64,000 nucleotides of DNA from an uncultured archaeon (GCA_964461205.1 CAYWUL010000002.1:17779-81778), one strand, 5' to 3'. Counted from the first letter of the stretch, positions 10,131-20,275 are shown. Notes: generated by a model not told the origin, from the letters alone. Program-made: numbers and translations.

Positions 10131-10895
10131 ATGATTTCTATGGGTTTAGGATTTTCAAGAAAAAAAGTTCCTATGCGCTCTCCTGCGTATGGAAGTTCGT
10201 ATAAAACCAAAAGCAAAGGAAAGAGATTCAAACGAGCAACATCAGTGGTTTTAGCAACATTAATTGCTTTTGGGGCACATAAAGGATTGCAACGAACGGC
10301 CCGAATCACAGACCCGGATTTTATTGCCCGACAAAAATTTTGGTCTTTAAGTAGCAAAAGTGTTAGGGTATATAAGGAAGTGCCAATCCCAGAAAATTTA
10401 ATTGGTAGTTCAAAGTATAGGTTAGGCAAAAGTTTAGCAAGAGCGGGATTAGTCACATATGATATTCATATTAACGGCAAAGAAGTTGGCCTAGTAAAAG
10501 CAAATTTTAAGATTCTTGGAAAAAAATATACTCTCGAACTTGGGGAAGTGGATCAAAATATTCAAAGACCATTCCAACTTTATAGAAAAAAGTGGACAAT
10601 GTCAAAAAATGGTGAACCAAGATTTTTAATTCATGAAACAAACAAATCATTTTGGGTGCCAGGATTGCACCACTTTGAAATAATGGATGCTGTTTCTGGT
10701 AAAACGATTGCACATTTGGGTGCGCAATGGCACATGCGAAGATTTTTGCTTGGACGAAGAGACTATGCGATTCGATTTGAAGAAGGCCATGAAGGAGCTA
10801 TGTCTCATGCTGAAATAACTGGGTTGTTAACTACTATTGGAAAGGTCTCTAAGTCTGGTGGCGGCAATTCATCAAAATCTAAAAAAGGAAAATAA
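10131..10895 (+). CDS. Hypothetical basic protein (254 aa) with Arg/Lys-rich N-terminus
   Basis: ORF with locally elevated GC and a basic N-terminal segment. No recognisable family. Confidence 0.4.
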   Translation: MISMGLGFSRKKVPMRSPAYGSSYKTKSKGKRFKRATSVVLATLIAFGAHKGLQRTARITDPDFIARQKFWSLSSKSVRVYKEVPIPENLIGSSKYRLGKSLARAGLVTYDIHINGKEVGLVKANFKILGKKYTLELGEVDQNIQRPFQLYRKKWTMSKNGEPRFLIHETNKSFWVPGLHHFEIMDAVSGKTIAHLGAQWHMRRFLLGRRDYAIRFEEGHEGAMSHAEITGLLTTIGKVSKSGGGNSSKSKKGK

Positions 10896-11007
10896 GAAAG
10901 TAATTCGTCAACAAACGAAGTAAATTTCGTCATTAGAAAGGTTTTTATTGGTGTGCTAAAAGAGGTATTTTATATTTCAAAGTAATATTTTAATTAGGTG
11001 ATTGATA

Positions 11008-11325
11008 ATGGTGGGTAAAGTTAGAACAGCATCTTCAACAGCACGTACTCGTGTAAAAGCTGGAAAAAGAGCAGTTACTAGGACGCTAAAAGGATTTAAT
11101 GCATCTGAAACAGTTTTAAGAAAGAGAACTGCTGAATTAATTAAAGAAATGAGAAAAGCAAAAATTCCAGTTACTCCAAAAAATTTAGCAATGCTTTCAG
11201 AGGCAACACTTAATGAAATGGTAGAATATGAACAATATGGGGGATCAAATGATGGCGGGCCGTATACTTGGGGCAATGCTGCACGAAACAAAATTCAAGA
11301 ATTAAAAAGAACAAAAAAACTTTGA
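11008..11325 (+). CDS. Small Arg/Lys-rich basic protein (105 aa)
   Basis: ATG 11008 preceded by AGGTGA and TATA-like TTTTATATTT. N-terminus '[15 protein letters not shown]'. Weak similarity to the ORF at 23586 ('IP/TP-x-K/T-x-x-A' core). Confidence 0.4.
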   Translation: MVGKVRTASSTARTRVKAGKRAVTRTLKGFNASETVLRKRTAELIKEMRKAKIPVTPKNLAMLSEATLNEMVEYEQYGGSNDGGPYTWGNAARNKIQELKRTKKL

Positions 11326-11336
11326 AGGTTAATTTT

Positions 11337-12377
11337 ATGGCAGGAATAATAGGTTACGGAGTATACATTCCAAAATATAGGATCAAGGCTGAAGAAATAG
11401 CAGCAGTACAAGAAGCTGATGCTAATGCAATAAAAGCCGGTCTAGGTTTAACAGAAAAATCGGTTCCTGGAAAAGACGAAGACACAATTACAATCGCAAC
11501 TCACGCAGCAAGAGATGCACTTGCAAGAGCACAAATAAATAGAAAAGAAATTGGTGCGATCTATGTTGGTAGTGAATCACACCCCTACGCAGTAAAACCA
11601 TCTAGTGCAATAGTGGCCGAAGCAATAGGAATAGGAAATGATTACACAGCAGTAGACACAGAGTTTGCTTGCAAAGCTGGTAGCGCAACAATACAAATCA
11701 ATGCTGGTTTAGTTGATTCAAAAATGATAAAATATGGTTTAAGTATTGGAGCAGATACATCACAAGCAGAGCCAGGAAATGCTCTAGAATATTCTGCAGC
11801 AGCAGGCGGAGCAGCATTTATTATTGGAAGTAACGAAGAAGCACTTGCAACAATTGATTTTACATGTTCATTTACTAGCGATACTCCAGATTTTTGGAGA
11901 AGAGCAATGCAACCATACCCATCACACGCAGGAAGATTCACAGGAGAACCAGCATACTTCAAACACGTTATTGGTGCAACAAAAATGTTACTAGAAAAAA
12001 CAAAGACAAAGATTAGTGATTATGATTTTGTAGTATTACATATGCCGAATGGAAAATTTCCAGAAGCAGCAGCAAAAATACTTGGGGTAATAAAAGAAAA
12101 ACAATTAGAAGCAGGACTAGTAGTAAAAAAAATTGGAAACACCTATTCAGGCTCTTCATTATTAGGACTTGCAGCAGTACTTGATGTAGCAAAACCCGGA
12201 GACAAAATATTAATGACTTCATATGGTTCAGGTTCTGGATCAGATTCTTTCGCATTAACAGTTACAGAAAAAATAAAAGAAAAACAAAAACTTGCTCGAA
12301 GTGTACAAGATTATATTGATAGAAAAGAATACTTACCATACGCAAAATATCTAAAACACATGGAGACAATACATTGA
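11337..12377 (+). CDS. hmgB: HMG-CoA synthase (archaeal type, partner of thiolase/DUF35)
   Basis: N-terminus '[16 protein letters not shown]', condensing-enzyme fold, 'ACKAGS' active-site Cys region. True ATG at 11337 inside the longer track ORF. Confidence 0.85.
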   Translation: MAGIIGYGVYIPKYRIKAEEIAAVQEADANAIKAGLGLTEKSVPGKDEDTITIATHAARDALARAQINRKEIGAIYVGSESHPYAVKPSSAIVAEAIGIGNDYTAVDTEFACKAGSATIQINAGLVDSKMIKYGLSIGADTSQAEPGNALEYSAAAGGAAFIIGSNEEALATIDFTCSFTSDTPDFWRRAMQPYPSHAGRFTGEPAYFKHVIGATKMLLEKTKTKISDYDFVVLHMPNGKFPEAAAKILGVIKEKQLEAGLVVKKIGNTYSGSSLLGLAAVLDVAKPGDKILMTSYGSGSGSDSFALTVTEKIKEKQKLARSVQDYIDRKEYLPYAKYLKHMETIH

Positions 12378-12419
12378 AACTTTTAGAAAAAGTTTCATCA
12401 AAATTATGAGATGATTATT

Positions 12420-12530
12420 ATGAACATAGGAGTTTTAGGAGTAGGAATCACCAAGTTCGGTGACGGCCTTGTTAAGGCCGGCGAAAGCACTATCTTCGCT
12501 TCGCTCGATAGAGCAAAGGTGATTGCATGA
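12420..12530 (+). pseudogene. 36-codon ORF encoding a thiolase-like N-terminus (fragment of a second thiolase gene, or a leader peptide)
   Basis: Translation 'MNIGVLGVGITKFGDGLVKAGESTIFASLDRAKVIA*' versus the downstream thiolase 'MNIGVLGIGITKFGERWDQ'. Protein-identical but synonymous-site divergent, with GC-rich codons (ggc, gcc, ctc, ttc). Stop overlaps the thiolase ATG (ATGA). Confidence 0.35.
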
Positions 12531-13684
12531 ATATTGGCGTACTTGGTATTGGTATTACAAAGTTTGGAGAAAGATGGGATCAAGGATTAAGAGAATTATT
12601 ACTTGACGCACAAATGAAAGCACTAAAAGATGCAAAGATTTCAGTAGAACAAATTGATGCACTGTATACTGGAAATATGGGGGCAGGACAACTAAGTGGA
12701 CAATTACATATTGGTGCAATGGCAACAGAAAATTTGAACATTGACAAACCATCAATAAGAGTTGAAGGAGCATGTGCTTCAGGTTCACTCGCATTAAGAC
12801 AAGGAATACAAGCAATTGAAAGCGGAGAAGCAGAAATAGTTCTTGTTTCGGGTGTAGAAAAAATGACTGATGTTAGTACAGAACAAGTAACAACAATGCT
12901 AATGGGTGCAGGAGACGAAGAACTAGAAGGATTCAACGGCCTAACTTTTCCAGGATTATATGCATTACTAGCAAAAGCATACATGACAAAATACCCAAAA
13001 CTAACAAGAGATTTATTAGCAGAAGTATCAGTAAAAAATCATTTCCACGGAGCAAGAAACGAGTATTGTCAATTCAGAAAAGAAATTAATATTGACACAG
13101 TAAAAAAATCTACAATGGTTGCAGACCCATTAACATTATTTGATTGTTCTCCAATAACAGACGGCGCAGCAAGCATAATTCTTGCATCAGAAAAAAAAGC
13201 AAAAGAACTTGGAGCAAAAGTAGCAATCATAGGTTCTGGCTTAGCAACAGACACATTATCACTTGCAAGAAGAAGCACTTTAACAGCAATTCCTGCAGGG
13301 AAAAAAGCTGCAGAGGCAGCATATAAACAAGCAGGTATAACAGCAAAAGATGTTGACTTTGCAGAAGTACATGATTGTTTTACTATTGCAGAAATAATGG
13401 CTGTAGAAGCTCTTGGTTTTGCAAAAGAAGGAGAAGGATACAAATTATATGAAAACAAAGACACTTATTTTATGGGAAGGATTCCAATTAATACTAGTGG
13501 TGGACTAAAAGCATGTGGGCACCCAGTTGGAGCAACAGGAATAAAACAAGCAATCGAAGCAACAATGCAATTACGTGGAGAAGCAGAAGGAAGACAAGTA
13601 AAAAACGCAAAAATCGGAGTAACACATAATGTAGGCGGTTCAGGCGGAACTGCTTGTGTACACGTGTTCAAGAAGGTGAAATAA
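12527..13684 (+). CDS. Acetyl-CoA C-acetyltransferase (acetoacetyl-CoA thiolase, archaeal type)
   Basis: Thiolase fold with 'GACASGS' active Cys and C-terminal 'GHPVGATG...NVGGSGGT' motifs. 385 aa. Confidence 0.85.
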   Translation: MNIGVLGIGITKFGERWDQGLRELLLDAQMKALKDAKISVEQIDALYTGNMGAGQLSGQLHIGAMATENLNIDKPSIRVEGACASGSLALRQGIQAIESGEAEIVLVSGVEKMTDVSTEQVTTMLMGAGDEELEGFNGLTFPGLYALLAKAYMTKYPKLTRDLLAEVSVKNHFHGARNEYCQFRKEINIDTVKKSTMVADPLTLFDCSPITDGAASIILASEKKAKELGAKVAIIGSGLATDTLSLARRSTLTAIPAGKKAAEAAYKQAGITAKDVDFAEVHDCFTIAEIMAVEALGFAKEGEGYKLYENKDTYFMGRIPINTSGGLKACGHPVGATGIKQAIEATMQLRGEAEGRQVKNAKIGVTHNVGGSGGTACVHVFKKVK

Positions 13685-14082
13685 TGTTTAGAGATAGTCC
13701 AATAATAAGATGGAGAAATTACAAAGACAGATACATGTTAATTGGTTTTGAGTGCACAGCTTGCGGAAAAAAATATTTCGAAGCAAAAGGATTATGTCCC
13801 TGTGGCGGAACAGAATTCAACGAAATAGAATTTAGTGGAAAAGGAAAGATAGTTTCTTTTACACAAATACATTCTGGTCCAGAAGCATTTACTCATCAAG
13901 GAAATTATTGCGTGGCAATAATTGATTTAGTAGAAGGAGCAAGAATAACAGGACAAGTAGTTGATTGCAAATACGAAGATTTGAAAATTGGTTTAGAAGT
14001 AGAAGCAGTATTTAGAAAATTCTACAAAAGTGGAGAAAAAGGCGTAATCCACTATGGAACAAAATTTGTTCCAAAGTTTTAA
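13684..14082 (+). CDS. DUF35 zinc-ribbon/OB-fold protein (scaffold of the thiolase/HMGCS complex)
   Basis: 'CTACGKKYFEAKGLCPCGG' Cys4 ribbon plus OB-fold. TAATG overlap with the thiolase stop. Confidence 0.75.
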   Translation: MFRDSPIIRWRNYKDRYMLIGFECTACGKKYFEAKGLCPCGGTEFNEIEFSGKGKIVSFTQIHSGPEAFTHQGNYCVAIIDLVEGARITGQVVDCKYEDLKIGLEVEAVFRKFYKSGEKGVIHYGTKFVPKF

Positions 14083-14115
14083 ATACTTTGAAAAACAAAT
14101 ATTTTTGGTGATATT

Positions 14116-14496
14116 ATGGGCGTAACTAGAAGACAACTAAGTGCAAGGCAGATTAAGAATTTGAGACAAAAGAGACAAAAAATTGTTTCAGCAGCATTAA
14201 AACCAAGGGTTAAAGAAATGAGTACCTATAGGCTGATTGGAATTGGAGACAGAGGTATTGCAATAAGGTATGGTTCTTGGAGAAAAATGCGTGCTGCTGC
14301 AAAAGGGGGACCACGCGCGGCAAATAAAGTGATTCAAAAGATGAAAGAGCTTCATAGCCAAGGTGTAACAATGATAGAAGATCCAACAGTTGAAGGTGGA
14401 AAAATACATATATTAAATGAAATAAAAAATATACAGGCACTTTCAGACGAAAGAGTTGGCCGGTCTAAATCAAGAAGAATAAACAAGAAAAAATAG
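14116..14496 (+). CDS. Small Arg/Lys-rich basic protein (126 aa)
   Basis: ORF between DUF35 and mvk. Very basic (RRQLSARQIKNLRQKRQK...SKSRRINKKK). Locally GC-elevated. Confidence 0.4.
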   Translation: MGVTRRQLSARQIKNLRQKRQKIVSAALKPRVKEMSTYRLIGIGDRGIAIRYGSWRKMRAAAKGGPRAANKVIQKMKELHSQGVTMIEDPTVEGGKIHILNEIKNIQALSDERVGRSKSRRINKKK

Positions 14497-14576
14497 TATT
14501 GCAGAATAGTTTCGATGAGTTCTAAGTCACGAAAATAACTTAAGAACATCTACGTACTGAATTTTTTAGTGATAAA

Positions 14577-15512
14577 ATGGAAAAAGCAATTGGAAGAGGA
14601 TACGGAAAACTCATTCTTTTCGGAGAACACTTTGTTGTTTATGGTTTGCCTGGAATAGCAACTGGTTTAGATAAGTATTTTGAAGTAGAAATGGAAAAAA
14701 TTGATGGAAACGACATAATTATAGAAGACAACGTTTACTTTAATGAAACAATAAAATGTTCAGAAGAAACAGAGCACCCAAAAACTTTAACAATAAAACC
14801 TTTTGTTGATAACTTCAAAATTTCTGGAGTAAAAATTATTTTTGGTGGAAATATTGCAAGAAAAGGAATGGGGTTGTCAGCAGCCTATGCTGTTGCAACT
14901 ATTCGAGCAGCAAACGAATTATTTAAATTGAATCTTTCTAATGAAGAAGTAAACTTTTGGGCTTATGAGTCTGAAAAATATTCTCACGGAACACCAAGCG
15001 GAATAGACAATACTTGTGCAACATATGGACAACCAATTTGGTTTGAAAAAAATATGTCTGGTGGAAAAAACAAAATAGAATTATTCAAAATTAAAATGCC
15101 GTTACTCTTAGTTATTGGTGACACTGGAATAAAAGCATCAACATCAGAAGTTGTCGCAGGAGTAAGAAAAAGAAAAGAAGAAAACGAAGACGAATACAAA
15201 GAATTTTTCGAAGATGAAATAACTTTGTTAAACGAAGCAAAGCAAGCACTTGAATGTGGTGACATAAAAATGGTTGGAGAACTAATGAATAATAACCAAG
15301 TTCTTCTTAGAGACATTGGAGTTTCTTGTGATGAATTAGAAGATTTAATCGAAATTTCTTTAGAAAATGGTGCTTTAGGAGCAAAAATTTCTGGAGCTGG
15401 TGCAGGTGGAATAATGATTGCTCTTGCAGAAAATAAAGAGGCACAAGAAGAAATAGCAAAAGCAATGGAAGAAAAAGGTTACAAAGCAACAAAAACAATT
15501 ATTGGAAAATAG
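14577..15512 (+). CDS. mvk: Mevalonate kinase (GHMP kinase)
   Basis: N-terminal 'GKLILFGEHFVVYG' motif, GHMP ATP-binding 'GMGLSAAYAVA', C-terminal 'SGAGAGG'. Confidence 0.75.
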   Translation: MEKAIGRGYGKLILFGEHFVVYGLPGIATGLDKYFEVEMEKIDGNDIIIEDNVYFNETIKCSEETEHPKTLTIKPFVDNFKISGVKIIFGGNIARKGMGLSAAYAVATIRAANELFKLNLSNEEVNFWAYESEKYSHGTPSGIDNTCATYGQPIWFEKNMSGGKNKIELFKIKMPLLLVIGDTGIKASTSEVVAGVRKRKEENEDEYKEFFEDEITLLNEAKQALECGDIKMVGELMNNNQVLLRDIGVSCDELEDLIEISLENGALGAKISGAGAGGIMIALAENKEAQEEIAKAMEEKGYKATKTIIGK

Positions 15513-15522
15513 GTGTGATAGA

Positions 15523-16074
15523 ATGAAAATAATTATTGGTATGAGCGGGGCAAGCGGAACAAACTATACTCTAAATTTATTAAAACAATTAAAAAAACAA
15601 AAAATTGAAACTCATTTAATTGTTAGTGAGTGGGCAGAAAAAGTTTTTGAAAAAGAAACAAACAAAAAGATTAGCGAAATAAAAAAACTCGTAACAAAGA
15701 ATTATACAAATAAAGAAATGGATGCTTTAATTTCTTCTTCAAGTTTTCTTGCAGACGGAATGATAATAATTCCTGCTTCAGTAAAGACTTGTTCAGAAAT
15801 AGCGACAGCGCACACAGGCACACTGATTACGCGTTGTGCTGATATAATGCTTCGTTACAAAAAACCGTTAATTGTGTGTTTGCGAGAAACTCCTCTTTCT
15901 GGGCCAGCATTAGAACAATTGGTAAAAATAGCACAATATGGGGGAATAGTGTTTCCGCTTTCTCCAGGGTTTTATGGAAAACCAAAGAATATTAGTGAGT
16001 TAGAAGACTTTATTTCGGGAAAGGTAATGGATTTAATAGGTTTGGATAATAATTTTTATAAGAGATGGGAGTAA
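15523..16074 (+). CDS. ubiX: UbiX-family flavin prenyltransferase
   Basis: 'MKIIIGMSGASG' flavoprotein motif. ~184 aa. AGGTG RBS. Confidence 0.8.
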   Translation: MKIIIGMSGASGTNYTLNLLKQLKKQKIETHLIVSEWAEKVFEKETNKKISEIKKLVTKNYTNKEMDALISSSSFLADGMIIIPASVKTCSEIATAHTGTLITRCADIMLRYKKPLIVCLRETPLSGPALEQLVKIAQYGGIVFPLSPGFYGKPKNISELEDFISGKVMDLIGLDNNFYKRWE

Positions 16075-16087
16075 TTGGGGTGTAATT

Positions 16088-16543
16088 ATGAAAATTGGAA
16101 GAAGAGATAATATGAAACCAACTGGAAAAGGGTTGACAACGCCTAGAGCTTATGCCAAGGCCGTAAAAAGAAGACAAAAAGCAAAAAAATTGTTAGATGG
16201 AATAGAAAGAGATATACCTGTTTTAACCACCGTTGCGGCAATGGAAGTTGGGAGAGCTGGAAAAGTACTTAATGCTGGACTAGGGTATACGTTTGGGAGG
16301 GCGCTTGCGCGGGAAGCTGCTATGAAAAGACACAAAATTAGTTTAAAGACACTTGCAGAAATCTCAGGAAGACCTAAAGTTGCAGAATTAGTTGTAAGAA
16401 GATTGATTGTAACTGACCCGAAGTTTGCAGCAAAAATAAAAGCTTGGGGAGAAAAAGGACCAAAAATGAACAAAAGACAAAGAGAAGCTTTTGTTAAAGA
16501 CAATAGATACAGAGATATAGAAAATATTGATTACGGCAAATAG
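16088..16543 (+). CDS. Hypothetical basic protein (151 aa)
   Basis: ORF with GGGGTG RBS. Arg/Lys-rich and GC-elevated. Inserted between ubiX and the ubiD-like gene. Confidence 0.4.
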   Translation: MKIGRRDNMKPTGKGLTTPRAYAKAVKRRQKAKKLLDGIERDIPVLTTVAAMEVGRAGKVLNAGLGYTFGRALAREAAMKRHKISLKTLAEISGRPKVAELVVRRLIVTDPKFAAKIKAWGEKGPKMNKRQREAFVKDNRYRDIENIDYGK

Positions 16544-16598
16544 AATAGTTTTCGACTTTTCAATTTTTCTAATTAATTTCTTACAAGAGGTGGAAACA

Positions 16599-17879
16599 AT
16601 GAGTTTTAGAGAATTTGTAGAAAATAATGCAGAAATAAAAATTACAAAAGAGGTTTCAAAGAATTTAGAAATCTCAGGAATAGTTCACTCTGCAAAAGAC
16701 GAAATGATTCTTTTTGAAAAAGTAAAGGAAAGCAACAACAGAGTTGCAGTAAATGTTTTCGCCTCAAAACAAAAAGTAGCAAACTATCTAGGTTGTGAAA
16801 TAAAAGATCTTGTTCCAAGAATGATTAATGCTCTAGAAAATCCTAGCGAACCAGAAATAGTTACAGAAACAGATCACGAAGAACAAGAAATAGATTTAGA
16901 AAAATTACCCATTCTTACACACACTAAAGCCGATGGGGGGCCATATGTTTCAAGTGGATTAGTAATTGTAAGAGACAAAGATTTAGGACAAAATGTTTGT
17001 TTTCATAGGGGAATGGTATTTGAAAAAAACAAAATGGCTTTGAGAATTCTTGAAAGAAACACAATGGAAATATTGAAAAAAAATAATGGCGAAGTAAGAG
17101 CAGCATATTGTATCGGTTGTGGTGGAGAAACTCTTTTAGCAGCAGCAATGGCTCCGCCAATAGGGGTGAACGAATTAACAATTGCTAATACAATAAAACC
17201 AATAAAAGTAATAAAAGCAAAAACTTTTGATGCTCTTCTTCCAGCGGATGCAGAAATAATAATGGAAGGAACTCTTTCACTAAATGAAAAACATGCAGAG
17301 GGACCATTTGTTGACTTAACAGAAACTCCCGATGTAATACGACAAGAACCAGTTTTTACAGTAGAAAAGATTTATACAAGACCAAATTACATTTATCATG
17401 CATTACTCCCAGGAGGATTTGAACACAAAATATTAATGGGCATGCCAAGAGAACCAACAATTTTCCAAGAAGTAAAAAAAGCAGGAATTGACGTAATAGA
17501 TGTTAGTGTTAATCCTGGCGGAACAAGTTGGTTACATGTTCTAATAAAAATTAATAAAAAAAGGGACGAAGATGGAAAAAATGCGATTCTTGCAGGAATG
17601 AAGGGACATTCTTCAGCAAAACACTTTTTTATTTTGGACAAGGATATTGACATTTATAATCCATTACAAGTTGAATGGGCAATGGCTACAAGATTCCAAG
17701 CAGACAAAGATTTGTACACGTTTCCAAAAGAAAAAGGTTCTTCTCTTGACCCAAGCGGAGACCCTAATACAAGAGAAACATGCAAAGCAGGATTTGATTT
17801 AACAATGCCTTTAGATAAAGTAAAAGAAATGACAAAAGCAACTTTTCCAGATTATAAAATAGAGGATTATGTGGAGTGA
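16599..17879 (+). CDS. UbiD-family decarboxylase (candidate anhydromevalonate-phosphate decarboxylase)
   Basis: ~427 aa UbiD-like fold. GAGGTGG RBS before ATG 16599. Genomic pairing with ubiX inside a mevalonate cluster. Confidence 0.7.
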   Translation: MSFREFVENNAEIKITKEVSKNLEISGIVHSAKDEMILFEKVKESNNRVAVNVFASKQKVANYLGCEIKDLVPRMINALENPSEPEIVTETDHEEQEIDLEKLPILTHTKADGGPYVSSGLVIVRDKDLGQNVCFHRGMVFEKNKMALRILERNTMEILKKNNGEVRAAYCIGCGGETLLAAAMAPPIGVNELTIANTIKPIKVIKAKTFDALLPADAEIIMEGTLSLNEKHAEGPFVDLTETPDVIRQEPVFTVEKIYTRPNYIYHALLPGGFEHKILMGMPREPTIFQEVKKAGIDVIDVSVNPGGTSWLHVLIKINKKRDEDGKNAILAGMKGHSSAKHFFILDKDIDIYNPLQVEWAMATRFQADKDLYTFPKEKGSSLDPSGDPNTRETCKAGFDLTMPLDKVKEMTKATFPDYKIEDYVE

Positions 17880-17883
17880 TAAA

Positions 17884-18645
17884 ATGGCAGGAATAAAAGA
17901 AGGAGTAGTTGCTTTTGATTTTGATGGAGTAATTGGGGATAGTGTCTATGAATGTTATGTTCAATCAATAAAAGCAGCAAAAGATTTGAATATTGGAGTG
18001 AATGCATCAAAAAAATTAGAAGAAAAGTTTAGAGAAGGAAGACCATTAATAACAAAGGCAGAACACTTTTACACAATTTTGAGATTAATAAAAGAACACC
18101 CTGAAATAAATTTTGAAATGATGTCACAAGCAAGGTTTGATGCAGAATTTAAAAAAGATGTAAAAAGAGCAGAGCAATTTTTAGAACGATTTTATCATCA
18201 CAGAGCAGAGATGCGAAAGATCAGTCCAAGAGAATGGACGGCATTACAAAAAAGTTTTCCAAGAATTGCAAGATTTATTGCGACAACAAAAAACCAGACT
18301 GCGGTTGTTGAGTTACTTAAAAGATATGGGATACATTTACCAGAATCGCATATTTTATCAAAAGATTTTTCAAAGGATAAAAATGAACAATTAAAAGAAA
18401 TATCAAAAAGGGCGAGGGTGCCAGTAAACCAAATTGTTCTTGTTGAAGACGCAGTGAAACAAGCACAAAAAGCAAGATCAATGGGTGCAAAAGCAGTAAT
18501 AGTTCCATACGGCTATTCAACAGCAAAACAAAGAAGAGAAGCAAAAAAAGAAGGGATTCCTAGTTTAAATCCTGGCTCTAGAAAAAAAGAAAGTAAAAAG
18601 ATAAGTAGAATGATTAGACAAGGAAGAGTTGGAAGGAGAAGATAA
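17884..18645 (+). CDS. HAD-superfamily hydrolase-like protein with basic C-terminal tail
   Basis: 'VVAFDFDGVIGDS' motif I. C-terminus 'SRMIRQGRVGRRR'. Confidence 0.5.
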   Translation: MAGIKEGVVAFDFDGVIGDSVYECYVQSIKAAKDLNIGVNASKKLEEKFREGRPLITKAEHFYTILRLIKEHPEINFEMMSQARFDAEFKKDVKRAEQFLERFYHHRAEMRKISPREWTALQKSFPRIARFIATTKNQTAVVELLKRYGIHLPESHILSKDFSKDKNEQLKEISKRARVPVNQIVLVEDAVKQAQKARSMGAKAVIVPYGYSTAKQRREAKKEGIPSLNPGSRKKESKKISRMIRQGRVGRRR

Positions 18646-18646
18646 A

Positions 18647-19885
18647 ATGGATTTGACAAATGATGAAAAAGAAATGGCAGAAGGAAAACAAGGAAATGCT
18701 TTAAAAAAATCAATGGAAATTCTTATTGCACTCGGAGAAATTTATGGTGCAGAAAAACTAGTTGATGTAACAAGTGTACAAATCGCAGGAGTAAGTTATG
18801 ACAATTTAGGAGATGCGGGATTAGAATACTTAGCAGAAATGGCAATTGACGGGAAAACAAGAGTTCTAACAACTTTGAATCCTGCAGGAATGGATTTAGA
18901 AAATTGGGAAGCTCTTGGAATGGCAAAAGAATTTGCAGAAAAACAAAAAGCAGTAATCGACTCTTTTGCGAAGATGGGCGTAAAAACAACTTGTACTTGT
19001 ACACCTTATTTTATTGGAAACAAACCAAACCAAGGAGACCATATTGCATGGAGTGAATCAAGTGCAGTAGCATATGCAAACTCTGTTCTTGGTGCATACA
19101 CAAATAGAGAAGGTGGGCCAAGCGCATTAGCAAGTGCATTAACCGGAAAAACACCATTGTACGGAATGCATTTAGATGAAAATAGAAATGCAAAAGTAAA
19201 AGTTATTGTTGAAACAGAAATAAAAGGAACAGAATATTTTGGAGCTCTTGGAAGAGTTATTGGAGAAAAAATAAAGAACAAACCAGCATACATTACTGGA
19301 ATAAAAGAAGCTTCAATAGAAGAACTAAAATCGTTCAGTGCAAGCATTGCAACATATGGAGGCGCCGCAATATTTCACATAGAAGGAATTACTCCAAACA
19401 AAACGCCAGTGCCAGAAGAAAGTATTAATGTTACAAAAGAAGAAATTGATACCGCACTTGCTAGTTGGAATGATGATTGTGAAGTTGATTTTGTAAGTGT
19501 TGGTTGTCCGCATTGCAGTTTGAAAGAAATTGAAAAACTAGCTGAAATGTTAAATGGAAAAAAAGTTACAAAAGAATTTTGGATTACTTGTGCAAGACCA
19601 ATAAAAAAAGAAGCAGAAGAAAAAGGATATGTAAAAAAAATTGAAGAAGCTGGAGCAAAATTTGCTTGTGATACTTGTTGTGTAGTGGCTCCAATAAAAG
19701 GACGTTTTAAATGTCTAGCAACAGACTCAGCAAAAGGATGTTATTATGGTGCGGCAAAAAACGAATTCAAAGTAAAAATAATGTCAATAGAAAATTTAGT
19801 AAGAGAAGCATGCGGGGCAACTCAAAATCAAGAAGATTTTGTGAATCCTTCTCAGACTGCGTCTTCAAAGGAAGTGGTAGAATGA
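18647..19885 (+). CDS. AcnX-type (aconitase X) catalytic subunit, candidate phosphomevalonate dehydratase large subunit
   Basis: ~412 aa. Cys-rich AcnX-like region 'TTCTCTPYF'. Followed by an overlapping small swivel-like subunit. Confidence 0.6.
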   Translation: MDLTNDEKEMAEGKQGNALKKSMEILIALGEIYGAEKLVDVTSVQIAGVSYDNLGDAGLEYLAEMAIDGKTRVLTTLNPAGMDLENWEALGMAKEFAEKQKAVIDSFAKMGVKTTCTCTPYFIGNKPNQGDHIAWSESSAVAYANSVLGAYTNREGGPSALASALTGKTPLYGMHLDENRNAKVKVIVETEIKGTEYFGALGRVIGEKIKNKPAYITGIKEASIEELKSFSASIATYGGAAIFHIEGITPNKTPVPEESINVTKEEIDTALASWNDDCEVDFVSVGCPHCSLKEIEKLAEMLNGKKVTKEFWITCARPIKKEAEEKGYVKKIEEAGAKFACDTCCVVAPIKGRFKCLATDSAKGCYYGAAKNEFKVKIMSIENLVREACGATQNQEDFVNPSQTASSKEVVE

Positions 19886-20271
19886 AACTAAAAGGAAGAA
19901 CAATAGCAAAAGGACAAGCAGAAGGCGAAGTACTTTACACAGAAGAAGGAATTAGTTTTTTTGGAGGAGTTAATCCTGATACAGGGATAGTTGCTGAAAG
20001 TGGCCACCCATTAGAAGGAGTTTGCATTACTGGAAAAATACTTGTTTTTCCACAAGGAAAAGGGTCAACTGTTGGAAGCTATGCTCTTTACAGAATGAAA
20101 AAACAAGGGACCGCACCAATTGCATTAGTAAATGCTGAATGTGAAACAATTGTTGCAGTTGGAGCAATAATTTCTGAAATTCCATGTATTGATAAAATAG
20201 ATATTTCTCAATTAAAAGAATCAAAAACAGCAAAAGTTAATGGTGAAGAAGGAACAGTTGAATTTGAGTGA
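19882..20271 (+). CDS. AcnX small (swivel) subunit, candidate phosphomevalonate dehydratase small subunit
   Basis: 129 aa 'MKLKGRTIAKGQAEGEVLYTEEGISFFGGVNPDTGIV'. ATGA overlap with the upstream gene. Confidence 0.55.
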   Translation: MKLKGRTIAKGQAEGEVLYTEEGISFFGGVNPDTGIVAESGHPLEGVCITGKILVFPQGKGSTVGSYALYRMKKQGTAPIALVNAECETIVAVGAIISEIPCIDKIDISQLKESKTAKVNGEEGTVEFE

Positions 20272-20275
20272 TAAA

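Noticed and set aside
12378-12530. GC-rich island between HMGCS and the thiolase, considered as a tRNA or other RNA gene
   Set aside because: No cloverleaf and no T-loop (GTTCRAATC) or D-loop signatures. Instead it translates in frame into a thiolase-like N-terminus, so it is better explained as a gene fragment or leader ORF (reported as a finding).
13144-13326. 60-aa plus-strand ORF within the thiolase gene in another frame
   Set aside because: It is internal to a conserved gene. The basic low-complexity product is an alternative-frame artefact.
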